NCBI GenBank assembly: GCA_017395105.1 | Contig: JAFPWD010000004.1 | Coordinates: 21,143 to 85,142 of the forward strand | Origin: Clostridia bacterium | Lineage (GTDB): Bacteria; Bacillota; Clostridia; Christensenellales; CAG-138 | Direction: 5' to 3' | DNA: 64,000 nt | Shown here: positions 9,785 through 21,400 of the stretch, in pieces | Layout: each line of letters starts with the position of its first letter | How positions within the stretch are numbered: the first letter of the stretch is position 1 | Notes under the pieces: generated by a model | What the model saw: only the letters and a program-made list of their open reading frames with translations | The model's database searches: none | What the model was told of the DNA's origin: nothing | Translations under genes and position numbers: made by a program

Positions 9785-10180
9785 ATGGCTACCAATCAGT
9801 ACCTCGGAACCGGCAGGCGCAAGAGCTCCGTTGCACGCGTTCGTCTCATTCCCGGCAGCGGCAATATCACCATCAACAAGCGTGGTATCGATGACTACTT
9901 CGGCTACGAGACCCTCAAGATGATCGTTCGCGCACCCCTTGAGCTTACCGACACCCTCGGAAAGTTCGATGTTCTTGTGAACGTATACGGCGGCGGTTAC
10001 ACCGGTCAGGCCGGCGCTATCCGTCACGGTATCTCCCGTGCGCTGCTCGACGTTGACTCCCAAGAATACCGCGCTGCCCTCAAGAAGGCAGGCTTCCTCA
10101 CCCGCGATCCTCGCATGAAGGAGAGGAAGAAGTACGGCCTCAAGGCGGCGAGACGTGCTCCTCAGTTCAGCAAGCGTTAA
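9785..10180 (+). CDS. rpsI: 30S ribosomal protein S9
   Basis: [14 protein letters not shown]...[19 protein letters not shown]...[25 protein letters not shown]. Confidence 0.97.
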   Translation: MATNQYLGTGRRKSSVARVRLIPGSGNITINKRGIDDYFGYETLKMIVRAPLELTDTLGKFDVLVNVYGGGYTGQAGAIRHGISRALLDVDSQEYRAALKKAGFLTRDPRMKERKKYGLKAARRAPQFSKR

Positions 10181-10190
10181 ATTGCATATC

Positions 10191-10226
10191 AAAACCCCGG
10201 AAACCACTCTCCGGGGTTTTTGTTGT
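10191..10226 (+). terminator. Rho-independent terminator after rpsI
   Basis: AACCCCGG / CCGGGGTT hairpin followed by a T-run. Confidence 0.8.
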
Positions 10227-10285
10227 TCTTGCGGGTTTTCCGCGCCGTGCCTGAAAATCAGCTTCATCAAGCGAACGGAGATATA

Positions 10286-11908
10286 ATGAAAATCATCTAC
10301 TTCAACGGAAAAGTTTATACGGGCGAGCTCCCGCTTGCGGAAGCCTTCGCCGTGGAAGACGGCAGATTTACCGCTGTCGGAACGAATGCAGAGATGCTTG
10401 CGCTCGCCGATTCCTCATGCGAAACAATCGATCTTTTAGGACGCTTCGTTTGCGCGGGCTTTAACGATTCGCATATGCACCTTCTGAACTACGGCCAATC
10501 GCTGCTTTCCGCAAAGCTCTATGAGCACACGGGGAGCCTCTCCGCTGTGCTCGAATGTATGAGAGCGCAGCTTGAAGCCTTCCCGCCAGAAAACGGCGCG
10601 TGGCTTCGCGGCAGGGGTTGGAATCAGGATTATTTTTCTGATGAAAAGAGGATGCCGAACAGATACGATCTCGACAGCGTTTCGACCGAAGTTCCGATAA
10701 TGATGACCCGCGCCTGCGGGCATTGCTGCATAGTCAATTCCAAGGCGCTTGAAATCTGCGGTATAACCGCCGAAACCGTTTCTCCCGAGGGCGGCGCGAT
10801 AGGTATGGAAAACGGCGAGCCGGACGGCAGGCTTTATGATAACGCGATGGATATTGCCTTCGATAAAATGCCGCTTCCCGATAAAACTCAGCTCAAGCAG
10901 ATGATACGCCTTGCCGCCAAAGCCCTGAACGGCTACGGCATAACGAGCGCACAAACCGACGATTACTGCGTTTTCAGGCAGATAGCCTTTGAAACGGTGA
11001 ATGAAGCCTACCGTGAGCTCGAGGAGGCGGGTGAGCTGACGGTTCGCGTTTACGAGCAGGCTAATTTTACCGAGCTCGACGAACTCAAACGCTTTGTTGA
11101 AGCCGGCAATATGACGGGCAAGGGCAGTGAGCTGTTCAAAATCGGGCCCCTAAAACTGCTTGGCGACGGTTCCCTCGGAAGCCGCACCGCTCATCTCTCC
11201 GTTCCGTACATCGGAGATGCGGAAAACCGCGGCTTTTCGCTCTTTACCAAGGAGCAGTTCAATTCGCTCTGTTCGTATGCAAATGAAAACGGTATGCAGA
11301 TCGCCGTTCATGCGATAGGCGATGCCTGCCTCGACAGCGTGCTTGATGCGCTTGAGAATGCGCTCGATGAGCATCCCCGCTCGGATCATCGCCACGGCAT
11401 AGTTCATTGTCAGATCTCGCGCCCCGATCAGCTTGAGCGAATGATACGCTTAAAGCTGCATATTTACGCGCAGTCCATATTCCTTGATTATGATAACCAT
11501 ATCGTTGAAAAGCTTGTGCCCAAGCCGCTTTCGGAAACGAGCTACAACTGGAAAACCCTGCTTGACGGCGGACTTTCCGTTTCAAACGGCTCGGATTGCC
11601 CCGTTGAGCTTCCCGATGTTATGAAGGGCATCGAATGTGCTGTGACGCGCCTCTCGATGGACGGCACGGGGCCGTATTTGATCGATCAGGCGTTTTCCAT
11701 AAAGCAAGCGCTGGACAGCTTCACGACGGCGGGCGCACGAGCGAGCTTTGAGGAGAACATCAAGGGCAGGATCGCTCCGGGGTATCTTGCGGATTTCGTG
11801 ATCCTTTCTCAAAATCCGTTCGAAACAGAGCCGTGCGAGCTTCACTCGATAAGCATTGAAAAAACCTTCCTCGGCGGCGTGGAAGTGTTTTCAAAACAGC
11901 ATCATTGA
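10286..11908 (+). CDS. Amidohydrolase-family metallohydrolase (Amidohydro_3 / YtcJ-like)
   Basis: GFNDSHMHLL metal-binding motif, a later HAIGD and a C-terminal GSDCPVE. ATG 10286 follows ACGGAG. Confidence 0.85.
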   Translation: MKIIYFNGKVYTGELPLAEAFAVEDGRFTAVGTNAEMLALADSSCETIDLLGRFVCAGFNDSHMHLLNYGQSLLSAKLYEHTGSLSAVLECMRAQLEAFPPENGAWLRGRGWNQDYFSDEKRMPNRYDLDSVSTEVPIMMTRACGHCCIVNSKALEICGITAETVSPEGGAIGMENGEPDGRLYDNAMDIAFDKMPLPDKTQLKQMIRLAAKALNGYGITSAQTDDYCVFRQIAFETVNEAYRELEEAGELTVRVYEQANFTELDELKRFVEAGNMTGKGSELFKIGPLKLLGDGSLGSRTAHLSVPYIGDAENRGFSLFTKEQFNSLCSYANENGMQIAVHAIGDACLDSVLDALENALDEHPRSDHRHGIVHCQISRPDQLERMIRLKLHIYAQSIFLDYDNHIVEKLVPKPLSETSYNWKTLLDGGLSVSNGSDCPVELPDVMKGIECAVTRLSMDGTGPYLIDQAFSIKQALDSFTTAGARASFEENIKGRIAPGYLADFVILSQNPFETEPCELHSISIEKTFLGGVEVFSKQHH

Positions 11909-11930
11909 CCCGTATTCAAACCGAATGATA

Positions 11931-11970
11931 CAAAAACGATCCCGACCGAAAGATCGGGATCGCGTTTATT
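11931..11970. terminator. Bidirectional terminator between convergent genes
   Basis: CGATCCCGA / TCGGGATCG hairpin, with A-run upstream and T-rich sequence downstream. Confidence 0.7.
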
Positions 11971-11983
11971 ATGAGAAAGCGCA

Positions 11984-13594
11984 TTAATCAAGCTCTGCAA
12001 ACCGCTTTGAGCCCCAGCCGGTTATGAGCTTATAGAGAAGCAAACAACCGATGGCGAGCAGGCACGCGGCGATGCAAAGATACTCGAGCGGCTGAACGAG
12101 CTTGCTTAAAAGCAGATATAATCCCAACAGTAGTAAAAGCAGTCCGAAGCCGGAAAACAGCGCAAGGAAGGTGGGCAGGCTCTGCTTTATCGGTATTACC
12201 TCGTTCGTCCAATGCAGGTTCGCCCATTTCAGGTTCACGGCAAGGCCGAACAGTGCAAGAAACAGCACGCAAAGCACCGAAACTATGCATATAAGGACGG
12301 ATAGCGCCGCGGAAAAACGGAAGGCTGTCAGCACGGCGGCAAGCAGCAGCGCAAGCGGGGGCGTAATGAGCGCCAAATGAAGCTTGAGCTTTGCAAGAAG
12401 CGCCGCTTTCGGCTCGATTGGCAGGCTGTGCGCGATCCATATATGCTTGCCCTCGAGGGAAACCGAGGATGCCGTGGTGACGTTCATGGAGCTTATCATG
12501 CAAACGGCTGCGCATGCGATAAGCGCAAGCATATCGCTGCCAAAGATATCGGCATCTATCAGTAACTTGCGCAGCTCACCGCCCTTGATGAACAGCAGAA
12601 CAGCGATACCGACCATGAAAACAAGCCCGAGATTCGCGTTCATCATATAGTTAGGGCTCGAGGTAAAGCGCAGAAGTTCCTTTTTAAAGAGTGCGGAGGA
12701 AGAGGAACCTAAATGGATATCCTTCTCGGAATACAGCGCCTTGCTCCTTGAATGCGAAGCGCTCCCGCCGCCGATGACGGACTTTGAAAAGCCGCTTACG
12801 ATGATGGAATAAACGAGCGCCGCAGAGCCTATGCAGATAAGCGCAAACAGCAGGAATTTCACGATATCGCCCGAAGCGCCCATGCCGAGAAGATACAGGG
12901 GATAGACCTTTGTTTTCAGCGCGTTTGCGATTAAGGCGGGGGCGGCGAGGATACTGTTTAGAATGCTCGATAAGCGGAAAGAGAAGAAATAGTAAACGCC
13001 AGCAAACAGAAGCGAAATGATTACTGTTACTATGCTCTTGCTTTTTATTCTCGGAGCGATCAAGGATATCAGCCAGCCGAGCAGGCAGGAAAGCGCAGTC
13101 ACGAAAAACGCAAGCACAACCGGCGTGAGTATGAGCAGAACCATGCCGAGAAAGCCGGGCTTGACCATCCCGAGATAAGCGATGATCGCAGGTATGAACA
13201 TTAGCGAAGAATACAGCAGACTCATAAGATACACGCTAACGAGCCTTGAATTCAGCACCGTGCGCGGCTTTACGGGCATTGAAAAGAGCATCTCGTTGTC
13301 CTTGGCAACGTAAAGCGAGTTATAGGTCGAAAACGAGCTGCCCATAATGCCGAAAAACAGCGCGGAAATCGCGAACAGCGCGAAATACAGCCAGCTCATA
13401 CCGGCGGTGACGAGCGGCTCACAGAGCCCGCGTGCAGTGACGTAGAACGAGCCGATGACCATGCAGTACACAAGAACATAGAGCAAGCCAATGAGAACGG
13501 CTTCGCCGGCGCTGCGCGCTTTGCCCTTGCGCTTATCTATGAAGATAAACGAGAACACCTCTAAAAACTGCTTTTTGAGAAGCGCTTTAAACAT
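11984..13594 (-). CDS. ABC exporter permease, polytopic (putative ABC-exporter family)
   Basis: About 536 aa and almost entirely hydrophobic helices. ATG 13594 follows GGAGGGAT and lies 1 nt after the stop of the upstream ATPase gene. Confidence 0.75.
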   Translation of the reverse strand: MFKALLKKQFLEVFSFIFIDKRKGKARSAGEAVLIGLLYVLVYCMVIGSFYVTARGLCEPLVTAGMSWLYFALFAISALFFGIMGSSFSTYNSLYVAKDNEMLFSMPVKPRTVLNSRLVSVYLMSLLYSSLMFIPAIIAYLGMVKPGFLGMVLLILTPVVLAFFVTALSCLLGWLISLIAPRIKSKSIVTVIISLLFAGVYYFFSFRLSSILNSILAAPALIANALKTKVYPLYLLGMGASGDIVKFLLFALICIGSAALVYSIIVSGFSKSVIGGGSASHSRSKALYSEKDIHLGSSSSALFKKELLRFTSSPNYMMNANLGLVFMVGIAVLLFIKGGELRKLLIDADIFGSDMLALIACAAVCMISSMNVTTASSVSLEGKHIWIAHSLPIEPKAALLAKLKLHLALITPPLALLLAAVLTAFRFSAALSVLICIVSVLCVLFLALFGLAVNLKWANLHWTNEVIPIKQSLPTFLALFSGFGLLLLLLGLYLLLSKLVQPLEYLCIAACLLAIGCLLLYKLITGWGSKRFAELD

Positions 13595-13595
13595 T

Positions 13596-14300
13596 TTATC
13601 CCTCCAACTCAAGGAATACGGACTCAAGCGATGCATCGCCGCGAACCTCGTCCATAGTGCCGCATTTCATGAGCCTGCCGCCCTTGATTATCGCTACCTT
13701 GTCGCAAAGCTTTTCGGCCACCTCAAGAACGTGCGTGGAAAAGAAGATAGCTCCGCCCGAATTGCAGATATCGCGCATGATGCCCTTAAGAATATGACTC
13801 GCCTTCGGATCGAGGCCAACGAACGGCTCATCCATGAGAAAAAGCTTAGGTTCGTGAATGAGCGCGGAGATAATCGCAAGCTTCTGCTTCATGCCGTGGG
13901 AATACGATGAGATGGGTTGGGCAAGGTCGGCCTTGATCTCGAAGAGCTCGGCGTATTTATCTATCCTTTCCCTGCGGATATCGGCGGGAATCGCGTAGAT
14001 ATCCGAAACGAAGTTCAAAAAGCGTATGCCCGTCATAAAATTATACAGATCAGGATTGTCGGGAAGATACGCCATTCGCTTTTTGCATTCGATCGGGTGC
14101 TCCGATATGGAAATGCCATCCACCGTGATGCTTCCCGAATCGGGCTTTAGGATGCCGCAGCAGGCCTTGAGCGTGGTGGTTTTGCCCGCTCCGTTATGCC
14201 CGATGAAGCCGAATATTTCGCCCTTGCGGATATGAAGGCTCAGTCCGTCCACTGCAGTCTTAGTGCCGTAGCTCTTTGAAAGATTATCTATTTTAAGCAT
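13596..14300 (-). CDS. ABC transporter ATP-binding protein
   Basis: Walker A GHNGAGKTT, signature YSHGMKQK, Walker B LFLMDEPFVGLD. Confidence 0.92.
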   Translation of the reverse strand: MLKIDNLSKSYGTKTAVDGLSLHIRKGEIFGFIGHNGAGKTTTLKACCGILKPDSGSITVDGISISEHPIECKKRMAYLPDNPDLYNFMTGIRFLNFVSDIYAIPADIRRERIDKYAELFEIKADLAQPISSYSHGMKQKLAIISALIHEPKLFLMDEPFVGLDPKASHILKGIMRDICNSGGAIFFSTHVLEVAEKLCDKVAIIKGGRLMKCGTMDEVRGDASLESVFLELEG

Positions 14301-14460
14301 AAATGCTCCTTTCGGTTATTATTTGACCCTAAATTATTTTATATGATTCATCGAAATATGTCAATGTAATTCAACTCCATGATGGGTACATCCGTATGAC
14401 AAATTATGGCGAAGCCCGCCGAAAGGAATATGAAAAACAGAACGAAGCATAGGCTTATGC

Positions 14461-15330
14461 ATGAGTACTTTAAGAAAAACCGTTTCCGCAGTTTTGATGG
14501 CAGCGATGCTGCTGCTGATAGTGCTTCTGCCGAGATATGCTTCGGGGCTGCTTGGCGCAAGAAGCACTCTTGATTGGCTGATGCCGAAGAAGGAGAGCTT
14601 TTCGGGAGTCATCACCTGCTGGCATGTCGTTCGCTTCAAGCCTTATAGCGGAAGCATGGGCGCATGGCTTGAAAAGCACGCTAAGCGCATGGAAAAGCGG
14701 CATTTCGGCGTGTACTTCGAGGTCGAATCCATAACCGAGGCGGAGGCTTCAAGAAGAAGTGCATTGGGGCTTTTTCCTGATATCATAAGCTTCCCAAAGG
14801 GCTTTTTAAGCGGGGAAGAGCTGCTTGAAATGCGGATTGAAGCATCTGAAGAACAAACGAAAGCCGCCCGCTCTCTCGCGCTTGCCGCATCATGCGAACT
14901 GCTGCTCTTTTATCCCGAAAAAACGGACGTGGAAGGGGCAGCGCTTATTGAAAACGCAAAAAAGTATTCCTTTGAGGAGTTTAAGTCCGGCAAGGTGCCG
15001 TGCTGCATTGCTGATGCGCGCGGAGCGGGGGATATGCAGCGTTTGCTTGCAGCCGGAAAGGCGGATTATTTCGACATACTGCCGTTTAAAAACGAAACGG
15101 AGCTCGTGCAGTTTGCAGGGATCTCCGCAAGCACGGCAGCGGAAAAGCTGCCCTATGCGCTCGAGCTTATAGAGCTTATCACGGGCGAAGCCGCGCAGGG
15201 CGAGCTTTCATCCATAGGCCTGATGCCGATGAACGACCATGCAGAGCCCGTGTACGAGCAGAGCTTTCTTGCGGATGCTTACCGCATGATCGCCAAGAGC
15301 GCAGGCGCAGGGAAAAACGCCTTTGACTGA
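14461..15330 (+). CDS. Hypothetical exported/membrane-anchored protein (289 aa)
   Basis: N-terminal hydrophobic signal/anchor (VSAVLMAAMLLLIVLL) and coding-like composition. No family recognised; weak RBS. Confidence 0.55.
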   Translation: MSTLRKTVSAVLMAAMLLLIVLLPRYASGLLGARSTLDWLMPKKESFSGVITCWHVVRFKPYSGSMGAWLEKHAKRMEKRHFGVYFEVESITEAEASRRSALGLFPDIISFPKGFLSGEELLEMRIEASEEQTKAARSLALAASCELLLFYPEKTDVEGAALIENAKKYSFEEFKSGKVPCCIADARGAGDMQRLLAAGKADYFDILPFKNETELVQFAGISASTAAEKLPYALELIELITGEAAQGELSSIGLMPMNDHAEPVYEQSFLADAYRMIAKSAGAGKNAFD

Positions 15331-15504
15331 CAGCATGGAGCTAACATATAAAACGATGCGCTTATTTGAGTCGAGAGATCGAGCGCGGGATGGAGCGCCT
15401 GAAAGAGCAAAAATCGGCGTAGACCCCGCTTTGCACTGTTTACTTTTTCCTTAATAGGTGGTATAGTATCAAATGTATAAGTTTGTATTGGGAGAAACGA
15501 AGCA

Positions 15505-16398
15505 ATGCCTATAAGCAAATGTTTTGAAAATAAGCTCCTTGCGCTCGGCGCGAAAAGGGGCGTTGAAGCGCGAAGCTTTACTACCTTCCGCATAGGCGGA
15601 GAGGTGGCGTTTTTTGCCGAACCCCGTGATTCGGATGAGCTTAAATCGCTTCTTTCCGCAGCGAAGTGCTGCGATTATCCCGTTTACGTCATTGGAAACG
15701 GCAGCAATCTGCTCGTTTCGGATGAGGGTGTGGACGCGCTGTTCATCAGGCTCGGCAGCGTCATGTCGTCCTATTCGCTTGACGGAACGCACCTTACCTG
15801 CGATGCGGGAGCTTTGCTGTGTACAGTGGCGAAGGCGAGCGTGGCTGCGGGGCTCATGGGAATGGAATGGGCCTCCGGTATACCCGGAACCGTCGGCGGC
15901 GCCGTCGCGATGAATGCGGGAGCCTATGGAGGCGAGATAAAGCAGATACTGCGTTCAGTGACTTGCGTTTCATCAGGTGAGATCATAACCGTGCCGGTGC
16001 GTGAAGGCGATCTTGCATACAGGCATTCTGCGTTTGCTTGGCCGGATGCGGTCGTGGTTTCGGCAGAGTTTGAACTTCGTGAGGATGACGGAAACGCCAA
16101 AATGCGTATGGATGAGTATAATGCTCAGCGCCGCGAGAAGCAGCCGCTCGAATTCCCGTCCGCGGGAAGCGTATTTAAACGCCCCGTGGGTCATTTCGCG
16201 GGGACGCTCATTGAGCAGGCGGGTCTGAAGGGTAAGCGCATAGGCGGCGCGATGGTCAGCCCCAAGCATGCGGGCTTCATCGTCAACTGCGGCGGAGCAT
16301 CGTTTAACGACGTTGCGGAGCTCATAGCCTTCGTTCAGGATACCGTTTATAAAAACAGCGGCGTAATGCTCGAGCCCGAGATCAAGATAATAGACTGA
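15505..16398 (+). CDS. murB: UDP-N-acetylenolpyruvoylglucosamine reductase
   Basis: FAD-binding N-terminus (FRIGGEVAFFAEP, VIGNGSNLLV) and MurB C-terminus (GGAMVSPKHAGFIVN). Confidence 0.93.
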   Translation: MPISKCFENKLLALGAKRGVEARSFTTFRIGGEVAFFAEPRDSDELKSLLSAAKCCDYPVYVIGNGSNLLVSDEGVDALFIRLGSVMSSYSLDGTHLTCDAGALLCTVAKASVAAGLMGMEWASGIPGTVGGAVAMNAGAYGGEIKQILRSVTCVSSGEIITVPVREGDLAYRHSAFAWPDAVVVSAEFELREDDGNAKMRMDEYNAQRREKQPLEFPSAGSVFKRPVGHFAGTLIEQAGLKGKRIGGAMVSPKHAGFIVNCGGASFNDVAELIAFVQDTVYKNSGVMLEPEIKIID

Positions 16399-16481
16399 AG
16401 CAGTTAAAAACTCATGCGGCGAAGCCCGAGAGTACCGATCAAGCAAAGGATAATACCGATATTTCGGATTTGGAGGGAACC

Positions 16482-17369
16482 ATGTATATTTTGATAGTTA
16501 CCGGCCTTTCCGGCGCGGGTAAAACCGGAGCGCTCAACGTGCTCGAGGATATGGGCTTTGTTTGTGCGGACAACATGCCCTGCCAGCTTATCGGCGAGTA
16601 TCTTGCGCTATGCGAAAGCAGCGAAAACACCATCGATAAGGTTGCAATAGTTATCGACAGCCGCGAATCGCATTTCGGCTACAACCCGCGGAAGGCGTTT
16701 TCGGAGCTGAAGCATCTTCCGTACAAATACGAGATAATGTTCCTTGAATGCGAGGATGCCGTTTTGCAGCGCCGCTACAGCGAAACGAGGCGTTTGCATC
16801 CGATGCACGACGACGTAAGCATCGGCATCTCCCTTGAGCGCGATATGCTCATGCCGCTCAAGGAGAATGCAACCTATATTATCGACACCACCAATATGCG
16901 CCCGCAGGAGCTCTCAAGGGCAGTTGAGGAGAAGCTGAGCAAGGATCTGAATCTTTCGATGCGCCTTATTGTGTCGAGCTTCGGCTTCAAGCGTGGCATC
17001 CCCGGAAATGCCGATTTCGTTTTCGATATGCGCTACACCGAAAACCCATTCTATTTTCCCGAGCTCCGCTATAAGTCCGGTCGGGATCCGGAGGTGCGAA
17101 ACTACGTGTTTTCCGATAAGGAAGTGGTGATGCAGCTCGACGGCATCGAGGAGATGATACGCATGCTCATTCCCAAGTTCATAGAGCAGGGCAAGCGCAG
17201 GCTGATGATCGCCTTCGGCTGTACCGGCGGCAGACATAGATCGGTCGCAATGGCGGAGGCGCTGCATGACAGGCTTTCAAGGGATTATCCCGTTCTTGTG
17301 GAGCACAGGGATCTTGTTTACGAGGCGGACGATATCAAGGACAGATTCGATACCGATAAGAAACAATAA
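16482..17369 (+). CDS. rapZ: RNase adapter / nucleotide-binding protein RapZ (YvcJ)
   Basis: MYILIVTGLSGAGKTGALNVLEDMGFVCADNMP, then ...GCTGGRHRSV. GGAGGGA RBS before ATG 16482. Confidence 0.92.
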   Translation: MYILIVTGLSGAGKTGALNVLEDMGFVCADNMPCQLIGEYLALCESSENTIDKVAIVIDSRESHFGYNPRKAFSELKHLPYKYEIMFLECEDAVLQRRYSETRRLHPMHDDVSIGISLERDMLMPLKENATYIIDTTNMRPQELSRAVEEKLSKDLNLSMRLIVSSFGFKRGIPGNADFVFDMRYTENPFYFPELRYKSGRDPEVRNYVFSDKEVVMQLDGIEEMIRMLIPKFIEQGKRRLMIAFGCTGGRHRSVAMAEALHDRLSRDYPVLVEHRDLVYEADDIKDRFDTDKKQ

Positions 17370-17410
17370 CCACACCCGCTGCGAGCTGTCGCACTGATAA
17401 AAACGAATCG

Positions 17411-18391
17411 ATGGCAAAAACGGTCTCGGAAAAAACCGATTCATTCACAACCAAGGTAAAAGCCGAGCTTTCCACCTTGAAGATCAGGCGCTTTGAGGAT
17501 GCGCGTGCGCTTTTGTGCGCCTTCACACTCTGTATAGGCTCCCTTAAATTTGTGCCCCAAAAACGAAGCTGGGGGGTGCATTTTTCGCTTAAAAGCAGGG
17601 AGGCGATCGAGCTTTGCGCAAAGCTTTGTGCGCAGTATTTTTCGCTTGAATGCAGCATCTCCGAGGTTCAGCACGAGCGGTTGAACGCAAACAATATCGA
17701 GCTCATCGTTTTCGGAGAGGGCATAGAGAATTTCATGCAGTCGGTTGGAATGATGAGCGTGGACGAGCACGGTGAGAGAGCCTTTGCTCCATCCGTTCCG
17801 AAGGATGCGGCATCGACCGATACAGGCAGAAGGGCATTCATAAGAGGGCTCTTTCTTGCCTGCGGCATGATGTCCGATCCCGAAAAGGCGTACCATATCG
17901 AATTTGTTATAAACAGCGGTTTTCTTGCCGATGAGGCTGCACGGATACTCGCTCAATGCGGCATCGCTCCAAACAGATCAAAGCGCAAGAACAGCATCGT
18001 TTTATACGTAAAAGAGGGCGAAAAGCTTGAGGATCTGCTTGCCTTCATCGGCGCTTCTGAGGCGATGATGCTTGTGAGCAACGAGCGCATAATAAAGCAG
18101 GCGAACAACACCGCAAACAGATACGTGAACTGCGCCAATGCGAATATGAACAGGGTCTGTGCCACCGCGCAAAAGCAGGCGGAGGATATTGATCTGGTTT
18201 TGAAAACGCTGGGCGCGGAGGCGCTTGGCGACGAGCTGATGGTGGTTGCCGAGGCGAGGCTTGAAAATCCCGAGCTTTCGCTTACCGAGCTTGCCGATGA
18301 GCTCAATATGGGGCGCTCGGCGGTGAATTATCGCCTTAAAAAGCTTCAAAAAACGGCGGAGGAGATACGAGGAAGAATTATAAACAATTAG
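17411..18391 (+). CDS. whiA: DNA-binding sporulation/cell-division regulator WhiA
   Basis: Degenerate LAGLIDADG-like core (FIRGLFLACGMMSDPEKAYHIEF) plus C-terminal HTH (LSLTELADELNMGRSAVNYRLKKL). Confidence 0.92.
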   Translation: MAKTVSEKTDSFTTKVKAELSTLKIRRFEDARALLCAFTLCIGSLKFVPQKRSWGVHFSLKSREAIELCAKLCAQYFSLECSISEVQHERLNANNIELIVFGEGIENFMQSVGMMSVDEHGERAFAPSVPKDAASTDTGRRAFIRGLFLACGMMSDPEKAYHIEFVINSGFLADEAARILAQCGIAPNRSKRKNSIVLYVKEGEKLEDLLAFIGASEAMMLVSNERIIKQANNTANRYVNCANANMNRVCATAQKQAEDIDLVLKTLGAEALGDELMVVAEARLENPELSLTELADELNMGRSAVNYRLKKLQKTAEEIRGRIINN

Positions 18392-18464
18392 CAGGACTGC
18401 ACTTGGCTTTTGATTTGAAACGAGCGTAGCTTGAGAACGAAGAGAATGATTGGAGAAACGAAGA

Positions 18465-21400
18465 ATGAGCTTTACACATCTGCACGTACACACCGAATAC
18501 AGCCTGCTCGACGGCGCAGCGAGGATAAGCGAGCTTGTGGAGCGCGTAAAGGAGCTTGGAATGAGCTCCGCTGCCATAACCGATCACGGCAATATGTACG
18601 GTGTGATCGAATTCTATAAAAAATGCACCGCCTCGGGCATCAAGCCCATCATCGGCATGGAGGCATACGTTGCCCCAAAAACCATCGCGGACAAGACAGG
18701 CATGCGCGAAAATGCGCATCTTATTCTGCTTTGCAAAAACGAAACGGGTTACAAAAACCTTATCAAGCTGTCCAGCATCGCGTTTGTGGACGGCTTTTAC
18801 TATCGCCCGAGGATAGATTATGATCTGCTTGAGCAGCACAGCGAGGGGCTTATATGCCTATCCGCTTGCCTTGCGGGCGACATTCCCTCGCACCTGCTTC
18901 TGAATCAATACGATGAAGCTAAGGCGCTCGCGCTGCGCCTCAAGCGTGTTTTCGGGGATGATTTCTATATCGAGCTTCAAAACCACGGCATTCCCGAGCA
19001 GCTTGTGGTGCTGCCGCGCCTTGCTAAGCTCGCCGAGGAGCTTGGAATAAAGACAGTTGCCACAAACGACGTGCACTACGTTAAAAAAGAGGATGCCGAG
19101 GCGCAGGATGTGCTGCTTTGCGTTCAAACGGGTCGATTTGTGGATGAAGAAAACCGCATGCGGATGCAGACCGAGGAATTCTACGTTAAGTCCGAGGCTG
19201 AGATGCTCGAGCGGATGCATGGCTATGAGCAGGCGGTTTACAACACCGCCGAGGTTGCCGAAAAATGCGATCTAAAGATCGAATTCGGCAAAAGGCATCT
19301 GCCCGGCTTCACTGCGCCTGATGGCATGAATAATGAAGAATACATCAAAAAGCTCTGCTCCGAGGGCATGATAAGGCGTTACGGCGAGCCGAGCGAGGAG
19401 CATTGGAACAGGCTGAATTTCGAGCTGGACGTTATCACGAAGATGGGCTTCGTGGATTACTACCTCATCGTTTGGGATTTCATCCGCTTTGCCAAAACAA
19501 ACGGCATTGAGGTTGGCCCAGGCAGGGGCAGCGGCGCGGCCTCCATCGCGGCGTACACGATGGGAATAACCGATATCGACCCGATAAAATACAACCTGCT
19601 GTTCGAACGCTTTTTGAACCCCGAGAGGGTCAGCATGCCGGATTTCGACGTGGACTTCTGCTATGAGCGCAGGCAGGAGGTTATTGAGTACGTTAAGGAA
19701 AAGTACGGCAGCGATCACGTTGCTCAGATAGTCACCTTCGGCACGATGGCGGCAAGGGGCTCGGTGCGCGACGTAGGAAGGGTGCTCCGCGTTCCGCTGA
19801 ACGAGGTGGACAGGATAGCAAAGCTTGTTCCGCAAACGCTGGGAATAACGCTCAAGGCCGCGCTCGAGAGCGTTCCGGAGCTTAAAACGCTCTATGATAC
19901 CGACGAGCAGGTGCATAAGCTAATCGACCTTTCGATGAAGGTGGAGGGGCTTCCGAGAAACACCTCGACCCATGCTGCGGGCGTGGTTATTTCCTCGCTT
20001 CCGACTATGGAGCTTGTTCCGCTTCAAAGAAACGATGAATCGATAACAACGCAGTTCACGATGACCGAGCTTGAGGAGCTTGGAATGCTCAAGATGGACT
20101 TCCTTGGGCTTCGCACGCTGACAGTTATCCGCGACTGCCTCGATCTTATAAGTGCGAAGGGGGAGACCCCGCCCGATTTTTCGAACTGCCAATACGACGA
20201 TAAGCGCGTTTACGACCTTATAAGCTCGGGCGAAACGGTTGGCGTGTTCCAGCTTGAATCCCCGGGCATGACGAGCTTCATGATGCAGATGAAGCCGAGC
20301 TGCCTTGAGGACGTTATCGCGGGAATCTCGCTGTACCGTCCCGGCCCGATGGATCAGATTCCGCGCTATATCGAGGGCAAGCAGAACGCTTCGAGCGTTC
20401 ACTATGAAACCGAGCTTCTGCGCCCTATCCTTGAAAACACATACGGCTGCATGGTTTATCAGGAGCAGGTAATGCAGATAGTTCGCGATCTTGCGGGCTA
20501 TTCGCTCGGAAGAAGCGATCTTGTTCGCCGCGCAATGAGCAAGAAAAAGCACGACGTAATGGCGAAGGAGCGGCAGAACTTCATCTACGGCATCGAGGAA
20601 AACGGCGTTGTGACCGTGGACGGAGCGCTGCGAAGAGGCGTTTCCAAGGAAGCGGCGGAAAGCATATTCGATGAAATGATGGATTTTGCATCATACGCAT
20701 TCAATAAAGCCCATGCCGCCTGCTACGCGGTCGTGGCGTACCGAACAGCGTTTTTAAAATGCCTGCATCCGGTTGAATTTATGACGGCGCTTATAAACAG
20801 CTTTATCACCGTTCAGGACACCGTGGCTTCCTATATCGGCTACTGCAAGCAGCGCGGCATAAGGCTGCTGCCGCCGGATGTGAACGCAAGCTTAGCGCGT
20901 TTCTCGGTTGAGAACGGCGCGATCCGCTTCGGACTTGCCGCAATTAAAAACGTTGGCGAGGGCGTTATAAACGAGGTGCTCGAGCAGCGGCAAACAGGCG
21001 GAGCTTTCCGCGATTTTTCGGATTTTGTTAAGCGCGCCGGCACAATAAACAAGCGTACCCTCGAATGGCTGATAAAAGCGGGCTGCTTTGACAGCTTCGG
21101 CGTTTCAAGAAAATACCTTATGGCGCACTACGAGCTTGAGCTCGCCTCGGCGGGCGCGGAAAGAAAGCGCATAGAGATAGGGCAGTTCTCACTCTTCGAT
21201 ATTCAGGACAGCGCTGCTCCCAAGCTCGAGCTCGGTGCAGAGGCAAAGAGCGAGTTCATTCTTTCCGAGCTTCTTGCGATGGAGCATGAGGCAACGGGCG
21301 TTTATATCAGCGGCCATCCGCTTATGGAATACGAAAAAGAGCTTTCCGAGCTGAAGCAGAGCTGCAAAATGCTGAACGATGCCGAGGAGAACGGTCCGAT

